Source of the DNA: a virus
Strand: one strand, 5' to 3'
Length of the DNA stretch: 64,000 nt
Virus record (IMG/VR): IMGVR_UViG_2862962057_000001
Location: 442 to 64,441 of that record
The notes under the pieces were generated by a model. That model did no database searches. It saw only the letters and a program-made list of their open reading frames with translations, and had not been told where the DNA came from. Below are positions 50,370 to 57,983 of the stretch, one piece after another (the first letter of the stretch is position 1; each line of letters begins with the position of its first letter). A program made the position numbers and the translations under genes.

Positions 50370-53273
50370 TTAATCTTTTTTGTAAAACTCGCACTCGTAG
50401 CCGTCAGCTCGTAAAAGAAGCCCTTCTGCCCAAGGTGGTGTTCTTCCCATTAGCTCACACACGCTTTGAACACTCACGCTTTTATCAGTTTCGATAATGG
50501 CTTCATCATGCACGTGAGCAACGATGCGATATTCTTTCAACGTTTGCATGGCGTAAAGTAGAATGTCACGAGCTATAGCTTGCGTAATATTTTCCACAAA
50601 TTTAGGCCCATAACTTTCCAGCCGCTCCCATTTTTTAGTAGACCCCACACCCTCATAGGTGACTGATTCGCCACCATACTTGTTTTCTTCCACGCGTGGC
50701 TTCACATAGTAAAGGCATCTTTTCGAAGGCAGTTTGATGATAAGAAACCCACTCTTGTAAGTGAACACTATATTGTGTGTTCGAACAGAAATGCGTTCGT
50801 GTACACACTGTTTTACAGCTCTGTCCACATCCCACCACAATGAAACAATATGTGGATTAGCAGATCTCCAATCATTAACTAACTGTTGCAAATCATCTTC
50901 ATGTAAACCCATATCAAGAGCACCCATTGCCTTTAATGCTCCTACTGCACCACCGTAGCCACAGTTATGCACGAGCTTTCCCGATACGGTAAAACGATGA
51001 TTTGGTCCGGCATTTCGTATGTCATAAACTCGAGCCTTGCTTCGATTAAACGCCAGTTTTTTCTGTGTTGCACTACAGCTGTATTTGCTCTTGATATGAT
51101 TTCTTCTCTGCCCATTCCTTTCGATAGCATTCTTGTAACTACCGATCTTGCGTATGGCCAATATTGTTGCTCCCACCGTGTTAGGATAGCGTTCTGCTTG
51201 TTGTTTTGATTGACTATTCTTGGAACAAAGCGGATATTTCCTTTTTCGTAGTTGCCGTTTGTATTTATCCGATCTAATTCCCAGTCTTTTTGCACATTGT
51301 CTACCTCTTGTAAAATCCACAAGCCTGCTTCTAAAACAGAATGGAAGCACCACTTTATCCCTCTTGCACCATAGTTTTTGTAATTTGGATCTCTTGGATT
51401 GATGCATCGCTGTTTTGCAGCACTTAGCCGCTTTTCTAACCATATTGGTATTTGTTTCGGCTGTGAGCAAGCTTGACACCCTTTTGATTTGCCCGACTTT
51501 AGACTGTTTAAGTCCTGCCATTGGACACTTCCGCACCCTACGCATTGTGTCAGTACATAACAGTGGTTTTGCTTTTGATTCCAGTGTTTCTCTGCACTTA
51601 TGATTTTCACCCAGCCGTATTGTTCTCCGACCATCTCCGGTTTGTATGAGATGTGTTTTGCAGATGGCGGATTCAATAAACCGTATTGGCTTCGGTTTCC
51701 CTTTAACCCAGACGAGATGGTCTGGTGTTGCTCTAAGTCCTTCATACTCGATTACCTCCTTTACACCCTTAAAAACAACTCCGTTATGGTTGACCCAGTT
51801 TTCTCCGTCCCACACTTTTTGTTTTGTAGTGACTTCTTCAATTGGAACAAGCCCTTCATCTGTGAGTACAAGTTCACCTTCAGCAATACAAGCGAGTTCC
51901 GCGATCTTACCTTTCTGCCGCAGGTGCCCGTTTACTCCGTGTTTTTCAACAGGCACGCTAAACATTTGAGATGCTGACGAGCAGTAAATGTCTTTACCCT
52001 CCGCGAATACTCGCATACGCCATTTTTCACCCGCAAGCCAAGCCAAGACTCTCGCTTCGATTGCTGAAAAGTCTGCGACAATAAACTTAAATCCCGTGCG
52101 TGGAATAAAAGCAGTGCGGATAAGCTGGGATAAAGTATCCGGAATATCCTCATAAAGCATTTCCAACGCTTCAACGTTTCCTTGTTTAACAAGACTTCTA
52201 GCCTCAGCTAGATCAGACAGATGGTTTTGTGGTAGGTTTTGTAATTGCACGAGCCTTCCTGCGAATCTTCCTGTACGGTTTGCACCATAGAAGCGAAACA
52301 TGCCACGCTCCCGATAATCCATGCAAGCAGCGTTTTTCATCGCCGTATACTTTTTCACCGAAGATTTAGCAAGCTGCTGGCGAAGCCGTAAAACTTCAGC
52401 CAACTCTTTACCCACTGTTTTAAGCTCTTTAGCGACTTCTTTTTTACCAAGCGACTCCATTTCAAGCCCATGCTCTTTAAGCCAAGAGCGCATTTGTAAC
52501 ACGGAGTTCGGGTTTTCTAAACCTGTAACATGCTTAAGCTCATCCACGAGATGAGTTTTCACCTCTTGGTCGAGTTTTATGGCTGATTCAACGAAAAGAG
52601 GATCTATTTCAATCCCACGGTCGTTTATCTGTTGGTCGAGATAAAACTCCTGCCATAAAAAGTCTGGCACGGGAAAGCGTGAGAGCTTTTCTTGAATACT
52701 CATTTCAACTTCCACATCACGCTTGTTATACGATTTAAACAGATCCCACTTTTCCTTATCGTGAAAATACTTGTTTCTTGTTCTTCCACCGTTTACTTTC
52801 GTAGGATTACACGGCAGGCAGAAATATTTAATAAGATTCTTACCCTCAGTAAGTTTCTGCTTATCAAGACCCAATACTGCTCCCACGCTTTCCAAAGACA
52901 TGGGTAGCCCCAGTGTGGCTGACCAGATCATTGTGCAATGCCAGGAGCTTGGGTTTAAAAACAAGCTTTCACTTTTCACTGTTTGACCAGGGTTAACATT
53001 GATGCCTTTATCTCGCAGGTAGCGTGATAAGCAGACTCTTTCAAACTGAGCGTTAAACGCCCACTTGGTCACTGTTTCATCTGTTAAAGCAGAAAGCACA
53101 ACATCCGGTATGGTTTCACCTTGTGCTAAATCAACGACCTGAACTTCACTACCGTCCACACTGTAACCAAAGAGCAGTATCTCAAAATCATCCGATTCTG
53201 CGTACTTGTAAACACCACATTTACCAAGATTCACACTCGAAAACGTCTCCAAATCCACACTCAAATTTTCCAA
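50370..53273 (-). CDS. Phage family A DNA polymerase precursor containing an intein (658 aa after splicing)
   Basis: DLET exonuclease motif, RTGR, motif A DFSAIEAR, motif B RQKGKIAELA/CGYGG, motif C HVHDE. Confidence 0.95.
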   Translation of the reverse strand: MENLSVDLETFSSVNLGKCGVYKYAESDDFEILLFGYSVDGSEVQVVDLAQGETIPDVVLSALTDETVTKWAFNAQFERVCLSRYLRDKGINVNPGQTVKSESLFLNPSSWHCTMIWSATLGLPMSLESVGAVLGLDKQKLTEGKNLIKYFCLPCNPTKVNGGRTRNKYFHDKEKWDLFKSYNKRDVEVEMSIQEKLSRFPVPDFLWQEFYLDQQINDRGIEIDPLFVESAIKLDQEVKTHLVDELKHVTGLENPNSVLQMRSWLKEHGLEMESLGKKEVAKELKTVGKELAEVLRLRQQLAKSSVKKYTAMKNAACMDYRERGMFRFYGANRTGRFAGRLVQLQNLPQNHLSDLAEARSLVKQGNVEALEMLYEDIPDTLSQLIRTAFIPRTGFKFIVADFSAIEARVLAWLAGEKWRMRVFAEGKDIYCSSASQMFSVPVEKHGVNGHLRQKGKIAELACIAEGELVLTDEGLVPIEEVTTKQKVWDGENWVNHNGVVFKGVKEVIEYEGLRATPDHLVWVKGKPKPIRFIESAICKTHLIQTGDGRRTIRLGENHKCRETLESKAKPLLCTDTMRRVRKCPMAGLKQSKVGQIKRVSSLLTAETNTNMVRKAAKCCKTAMHQSKRSKLQKLWCKRDKVVLPFCFRSRLVDFTRGRQCAKRLGIRSDKYKRQLRKRKYPLCSKNSQSKQQAERYPNTVGATILAIRKIGSYKNAIERNGQRRNHIKSKYSCSATQKKLAFNRSKARVYDIRNAGPNHRFTVSGKLVHNCGYGGAVGALKAMGALDMGLHEDDLQQLVNDWRSANPHIVSLWWDVDRAVKQCVHERISVRTHNIVFTYKSGFLIIKLPSKRCLYYVKPRVEENKYGGESVTYEGVGSTKKWERLESYGPKFVENITQAIARDILLYAMQTLKEYRIVAHVHDEAIIETDKSVSVQSVCELMGRTPPWAEGLLLRADGYECEFYKKD
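50942..51745 (-). CDS. HNH-type homing endonuclease nested in the +1 frame of the intein
   Basis: SD AAGGAGGT 8 nt before the ATG; CVGC/CQAC; RCINP....YKNYGARGI; LDRINTNGNYEKGNIRFV...NQNN. Confidence 0.85.
   Translation of the reverse strand: MKDLEQHQTISSGLKGNRSQYGLLNPPSAKHISYKPEMVGEQYGWVKIISAEKHWNQKQNHCYVLTQCVGCGSVQWQDLNSLKSGKSKGCQACSQPKQIPIWLEKRLSAAKQRCINPRDPNYKNYGARGIKWCFHSVLEAGLWILQEVDNVQKDWELDRINTNGNYEKGNIRFVPRIVNQNNKQNAILTRWEQQYWPYARSVVTRMLSKGMGREEIISRANTAVVQHRKNWRLIEARLEFMTYEMPDQIIVLPYRESSCITVATVVQ
50964..51890 (-). mobile_element. Intein, 309 aa (precursor residues 462-770)
   Basis: Starts CIAEGELV; block B TPDHLV; block F VYDI; ends VHN followed by Cys+1. Confidence 0.93.
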
Positions 53274-53362
53274 ATTACATCACCTCCAAGCTTATAAAAG
53301 AGGTGACAGAAAACCTGCCACCCCACTTATAGAATCTTCTAAATCCTATTTTCAGGAATCTT

Positions 53363-53482
53363 CTAATTCCTATTTAGAATGTGTTTAATATCAACGTAAA
53401 GACTCACGAGTTTCTTTACCGTGAAATCAAGAAGTAATACTCCTATAAACACTGAAATAAAAACCGCTATAACAATTTCCAT
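53363..53482 (-). CDS. 39-aa single-TM peptide (not in the ORF track)
   Basis: MEIVIAVFISVFIGVLLLDF...; in operon position with AAGGAG upstream. Confidence 0.45.
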   Translation of the reverse strand: MEIVIAVFISVFIGVLLLDFTVKKLVSLYVDIKHILNRN

Positions 53483-53498
53483 AATTAACTCACGCTCC

Positions 53499-54047
53499 TT
53501 ATGCTAGAAAATCATCATCTTCTAAAGTCGTAAAATCATCGGTTGCGAGACTACGTCCGCCGAGTGGTTCACCGTCTCTAATCTTTTGAATATTGCCAAG
53601 ACCGCAAGCAACTCCCTTATTACCGTTAGAGTTAAACGCGTAGAAGTTGATGGAAACCCTCGCATAGCAGCCTGAATACACTTCACTGCGATCCATGATT
53701 GGTTTTACCTGCTTGTCTACAATCTGCGGAGCCGTGGTTGAGTTCGCGTTAATGAAATAGTGTCCTTTATACGCTTCATCATCACGCTCAATATCCCCGT
53801 CCCTGAGTGGTGTTTTAAGAGCAGCCTTGTTTGGTTTTTTACCACCGAACTTGCCGACACCTTCCTCAATCGCAGCATCAATAGCTTTCTCAATAGCGTT
53901 TACTGTTTCAACATCACTTTTAGGGATAAGCAATGAAACACTATATTTTTCAGGGCCGCCGTTAATAGATTTTGGCTCCCAACCGTTGAAATAGGAAAGA
54001 CGCGTGTTCTTACCAGTGATAACCTTCGTGTTATTTAATTTAGACAT
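53499..54047 (-). CDS. DUF2815 family ssDNA-binding protein
   Basis: RLSY, KYSVSLLIPK, PLRDGD, YSGCY motifs and acidic tail. Confidence 0.88.
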   Translation of the reverse strand: MSKLNNTKVITGKNTRLSYFNGWEPKSINGGPEKYSVSLLIPKSDVETVNAIEKAIDAAIEEGVGKFGGKKPNKAALKTPLRDGDIERDDEAYKGHYFINANSTTAPQIVDKQVKPIMDRSEVYSGCYARVSINFYAFNSNGNKGVACGLGNIQKIRDGEPLGGRSLATDDFTTLEDDDFLA

Positions 54048-54051
54048 AGTA

Positions 54052-55182
54052 CTAATTCTCCTTTTTGAATTCGTTATTTGCGTTTGAAACATTGACTTTT
54101 GCCCGCTTATCAGAGTCTGGTACGAGCGTAAGTTTTCCGGACGGTTTTATAATGAGGTCGCCCAGAATATCCTCAAATTTTTTCTTGCCCATCAGCTTTT
54201 GCATTTCCGTTAAACCGATAAGACTAGTTTTGAAAATGTCGGTAAAGCCTGCGGCTTTTGCTTTCTCAATAACAGCTGTCTCGTCCTTAAACTTGCGAAC
54301 TGAACGTCCTTCCACGAGTTTGAAACCGCTCCACTCTTTCCCGTGGTTAATAGCGGAATCTGTGGCGTACGCTAAAACATCATCAGCCCACTTAGTTAAC
54401 CGTGGGATAAGCGTGAGTACTTCTTCAATTTCACTATCTGTTAAAACAGATGGCGGTTTGAACTCAAGTTCTGCAAGTTTAAGGTTTTCTTCCGCACGTT
54501 TACGGCACGTGGCTTTTGCCCTGCAAAACCTGCACCAGTCACCGGCTTCAAATTCGCCTTCGCCTTTAATAGCAAGCCCTGCTTTAGGTTTAAGCACACT
54601 TTCAGCCCAAGAGATAAGCTCTTCGACAGGTAGTGTGAAAGTTGATACGTTGTCACGACGTGGCTGAAAAATACTCATCTCAACAGTTTGTATCTCATAC
54701 AAGCTGTCGAAAAGCGTTAAAGCTCCAAGAGCGTAGCATTTCATCTGCGGATTCTCGTAAGCATCAACCAGCACGCCTTGACCGTACTTAAAGTCGATAA
54801 CCTGCAGCGTTTTTTCGCCTACAATAATGCAGTCCGCTGTACCAAACCCATCAGGCACGTAAGCTGAAAAATCAACTTTCTGCTCGATGAGAATAATAGG
54901 ATCTTGGCAGTTAAGTTTTGCCTGCTCGTATTTTTCCAACACGAAATCCACGTAAGCATCCGAGCATTCCTGCATCTCACTTGAGTCATACTTTGTTGAC
55001 GGTTTTTCACACGGACGGTTAAGAAGCTTATTCAGCTTGTACTCACACCACGCGTGTGCTGCCGTTCCTTCCTCAGCTGCCACAGAAGTAGTGTTTTCAA
55101 ACTTTTCTTCTAAAACAGCACTCGGAGTACACTTAATCCACCTGTGAGCAGAAGAAGGGGAAAGTAAAGCATGCTTAGTCAC
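54052..55182 (-). CDS. DUF2800 family (Cas4-like PD-(D/E)XK) exonuclease
   Basis: HALLSPSSAHRW..C, FGTAD, DFKYG, Q..CYALG and CRFC motifs. Confidence 0.88.
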   Translation of the reverse strand: MTKHALLSPSSAHRWIKCTPSAVLEEKFENTTSVAAEEGTAAHAWCEYKLNKLLNRPCEKPSTKYDSSEMQECSDAYVDFVLEKYEQAKLNCQDPIILIEQKVDFSAYVPDGFGTADCIIVGEKTLQVIDFKYGQGVLVDAYENPQMKCYALGALTLFDSLYEIQTVEMSIFQPRRDNVSTFTLPVEELISWAESVLKPKAGLAIKGEGEFEAGDWCRFCRAKATCRKRAEENLKLAELEFKPPSVLTDSEIEEVLTLIPRLTKWADDVLAYATDSAINHGKEWSGFKLVEGRSVRKFKDETAVIEKAKAAGFTDIFKTSLIGLTEMQKLMGKKKFEDILGDLIIKPSGKLTLVPDSDKRAKVNVSNANNEFKKEN

Positions 55183-55483
55183 TTGTCATACCTTTCGCCT
55201 CTTCAAGAAGCTCAGCGTACTTACTTTCATCAAGTTCTGAAAGCCTGTTAGCTCCGAACTTGACGATAAGCGCTTTTACTTCCGCGGTTTTACCATGTTG
55301 GCTAAGTTTTGCTAAAACCGCTCGCACATCCTCTAAACTCACCTTTTTAACAGACTCCTTATTATTAGAAGCTGTTTCTTTACAACCGACACCAGAAGCA
55401 CCGGCATCATCAAATAGTGTTTTAAGGTGAGCTGTTAAGTTTTCCAAGTCTTTGATGACTTCTTTCATGATTTCGTTTTTCAC
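55175..55483 (-). CDS. Conserved phage protein
   Basis: LEDVRAVLA.LS..G....VK.LI.KFGA..LS. Confidence 0.75.
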   Translation of the reverse strand: MKNEIMKEVIKDLENLTAHLKTLFDDAGASGVGCKETASNNKESVKKVSLEDVRAVLAKLSQHGKTAEVKALIVKFGANRLSELDESKYAELLEEAKGMTSD

Positions 55484-55495
55484 GGTTTTTCCTCC

Positions 55496-55675
55496 TTAAA
55501 TTTCTTTGACATCAACTGACTGAACACTTTTCCCGGGATCTAATAGGTAGACTTGCGAGTAATCACCAAACAGCCAGCGGATAAACCGTTGAGGTAATCG
55601 CATCACAGCTCCACGTAGAACCTGTTTCTTCTCACCGTTTTCACCGGTGACGTTAATAACGATCTTGTGTTTCAC
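55496..55675 (-). CDS. Hypothetical phage protein
   Basis: GTG start with AAGGAGG SD. Confidence 0.65.
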   Translation of the reverse strand: MKHKIVINVTGENGEKKQVLRGAVMRLPQRFIRWLFGDYSQVYLLDPGKSVQSVDVKEI

Positions 55676-55715
55676 GAGTTTTGCCTCCTTTCTGTAAGGG
55701 GTTTCTTCCTTACAC

Positions 55716-55749
55716 ATCACAGGCAAAGAAAAAGGAGGAGTTTTTAACC
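55716..55749 (-). promoter_or_regulatory. Conserved phage motif, copy 3, overlapping a terminator hairpin
   Basis: GGAGGAG-GTTAAAAA-CTCCTCC-TTTTTCTTTGCCTGTGAT. Confidence 0.75.
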
Positions 55750-55776
55750 TCCTCCAAGTAAAATTTCTAGAATTTT

Positions 55777-56409
55777 TTAACGCGTTTTTCTAAGCTTTTC
55801 GAGAGCCTTATCCAGATGCTTTTTCACGCCAGCAGACGAGATACCAAGCATGCTTGCAATCTCTGACTGAGTGTATCCTTCAATAAACATCAAACGAATA
55901 ACCTGACGTTGCTTGTCTGTAAGCGTTGAAAACGCATGCTCCATTTCTTCTGACATTTCAAAACCATAATCGTTGGTAATAAAACCATAATCATCAGTAG
56001 TACTGAGAGCTTCAGCAAGATGACTTTTATCTACTTCAAGCTCGCCATCTGCATCAAAGTCAATCGAGGAATTATAGTTGGGTAGGAAATGCTTGTTAGC
56101 AGCGTAGTCAACGTCGTCTTTGTTGGGTTTGTAGCCGTGTCTTTCTTCGAAACGTTTGACGTACTTCTCTTTCCACGCCTTACTTTCAGCTTTTTCTTCA
56201 GCAGTTCTAGTTGGACGCAGGTTCTTATTGTTGTAGTAAACCTCGCTGTCATCCATTGAGTGAAGCATCTTAATATCCGCAACGGTTACACCGTTTTCGC
56301 CTGGCTTGATTTCGATAGTTTCTTCACTATAACTACTATCTTCATTACGAACACAACTTGTATACTTATATGTTGCTCGATCGTTGCTATTAGTTTTGCG
56401 AGTCCTCAT
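55777..56409 (-). CDS. Sigma-70 region-4 containing phage sigma-like factor
   Basis: LTDKQRQVIRLMFIEGYTQSEIASMLGIS..GV.KHL.KAL.KL. Confidence 0.85.
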   Translation of the reverse strand: MRTRKTNSNDRATYKYTSCVRNEDSSYSEETIEIKPGENGVTVADIKMLHSMDDSEVYYNNKNLRPTRTAEEKAESKAWKEKYVKRFEERHGYKPNKDDVDYAANKHFLPNYNSSIDFDADGELEVDKSHLAEALSTTDDYGFITNDYGFEMSEEMEHAFSTLTDKQRQVIRLMFIEGYTQSEIASMLGISSAGVKKHLDKALEKLRKTR

Positions 56410-56451
56410 GCTCACCCTTCCCGCCTGCAGCGGTAGGGTGAAGACACATAC

Positions 56452-56590
56452 AAAAAAGAGCCGATACTTTATGAAGTACCGACTCTAATACCTGAAAAAC
56501 AGCCATAGTAGAATAGAGGTACTTCATAGGAGTCATGAAAAACCATGAGGATCCTATTGACGTATCTCATCGCCCTATAGCTAATCAGGC
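56452..56590 (-). ncRNA. Putative cis-regulatory leader RNA (attenuator)
   Basis: Nested stems, a terminator with U6 and a mutually exclusive 11-bp antiterminator pairing. Confidence 0.55.
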
Positions 56591-56870
56591 TTTAACTGTT
56601 TATTAGTAGTGTCTTATTGATTAATCATTAACCACAATCTTGTTAATTGTTCCAAAAATTCTTATAACATTTACCCGCTCTTTCTTAAGACCCGTATCAT
56701 GAGTGTAAAAAAGAGTGGAATAATCTCGTTTTTATAACAGTTTGACATGTAAAAACCACACTTGCCTTGAAAGCTACGTGCTTTGAGGTTTAAGCGTTAA
56801 CAATGTTTTCACCCCCCTTCTCGTTAAACAACACTCGTTTTAGAAAACAAAACGAGCATTAGCCACGCTC

Positions 56871-56957
56871 TAATAGAGTCCCAACCGTGGCTAATAAAGT
56901 CCAACTGTATTTAATAGAATCCCAACAAATCTAATATAATCCCAACCGTATTAATAT
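56871..56957. repeat. Four direct repeats TAATAnAnTC(C)CAAC at a 20-21 bp period
   Basis: Units start at 56871, 56892, 56912 and 56932. Confidence 0.7.
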
Positions 56958-57235
56958 CAGAAATCCTCACTCCGCAAAAAGTGTTATAGGCCTAACTACT
57001 TTTAGTGTTACCGTTAGAGCTTCTGATTAAAACACTTCAGATAAAACGTTCAAGTTATTACTATGCTAAAAATGCTCTTCAAAAAACCTGACAAATACGC
57101 ACATATACGGGGTTGCATACACGAGATTGCAGGGAAAGAGTATTGCATATTTTTTCATAGAAGCGTACAATAAGAGCAGGGTGTTTTACTATTGTAAAGA
57201 TGCATAGTATGCCTTCTTATCGAGAAAGAGATATT

Positions 57236-57967
57236 ATGAAAAATATAATAATGCGAAGTCTATCTGTAGTTGTTTCTGCTGCTTGTTTATTTACTTTTTC
57301 CCCATTGGCATTTGGACAAGATAATAATGAGAATTATCAGCAAAGACTGGGGGATATATCAACTTATCTGAATCACACACTCAGTGAAAAAGAAATTGAT
57401 GAGCAGATAAAGGAGACCTCGCGTCGCACTGGTGAGAGCCCTGACTCGATTGCTAGTAGGGTGGAGAAATCGGTTCGTGATTCAGTGTTAGATACTGCGA
57501 GGTTCTCTGTAAGAAGTGGGAATACACAGTTACCAAGAGCTCGTCATACAGGAGATATTTTTGTTTCTAATAATTCATCATTTTTCGTTTGGAAGCATGG
57601 GCATACTGGAATTTATGTTAATCGTGATGATATTGTCGAAGCAGTAGGGATGTTCCAGAATGCTCATCGAGTATCAAGGAAAAATAGTGTCGCAGCCGGC
57701 GGTGCCTCTATTCTTGAAGTAAAAACTTCCCAGGGAAACCGCGATAAAGCGGCGCGTCGGGCAATTGGTTATATTGGTAGGGGTTACAATCCAGATATTA
57801 CTGATACTAATAGAAATGATTGGGGAGGTCTTAACTGTTCTCAATTAGTGTGGGCTGCATATTATTATGGTGCTGGTATTGATTTGGATACTGGTAGTGG
57901 TGAATATGTGTGGCCATATGATATTAAAAATTCTGGATATGTTAGGGAATATCAATATGTTCAGTAG
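57236..57967 (+). CDS. Secreted permuted papain-like NlpC/P60 (YiiX/YaeF-like) protein
   Basis: Signal peptide; GDIF, GHTGIY, VEA and NCSQLVWAAY motifs (His before Cys). Confidence 0.85.
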   Translation: MKNIIMRSLSVVVSAACLFTFSPLAFGQDNNENYQQRLGDISTYLNHTLSEKEIDEQIKETSRRTGESPDSIASRVEKSVRDSVLDTARFSVRSGNTQLPRARHTGDIFVSNNSSFFVWKHGHTGIYVNRDDIVEAVGMFQNAHRVSRKNSVAAGGASILEVKTSQGNRDKAARRAIGYIGRGYNPDITDTNRNDWGGLNCSQLVWAAYYYGAGIDLDTGSGEYVWPYDIKNSGYVREYQYVQ

Positions 57968-57983
57968 TTGAGGTGCGGTCATT

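Larger units (their letters stand above)
16657..56960 (-). mobile_element. Siphovirus-type prophage with serine recombinases (organisation resembles streptococcal rumA-integrating Phi-m46.1-like phages)
   Basis: Replication, packaging, head, tail, lysis and recombination modules are all present; the right boundary is uncertain. Confidence 0.9.

Noticed and set aside
50964..51890. Group I intron as the explanation for the polA insert
   Set aside because: The insert is 927 nt, in frame and stop-free, with complete intein splicing motifs at both ends
54052..55182. Cas4-like nuclease as part of a CRISPR system
   Set aside because: It is a DUF2800 protein in its usual phage replication context beside the SSB and PolA
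56731..56765. Possible rumA-like att tail at the prophage right end
   Set aside because: Only weak similarity, needs an indel, and no arm sequence is adjacent
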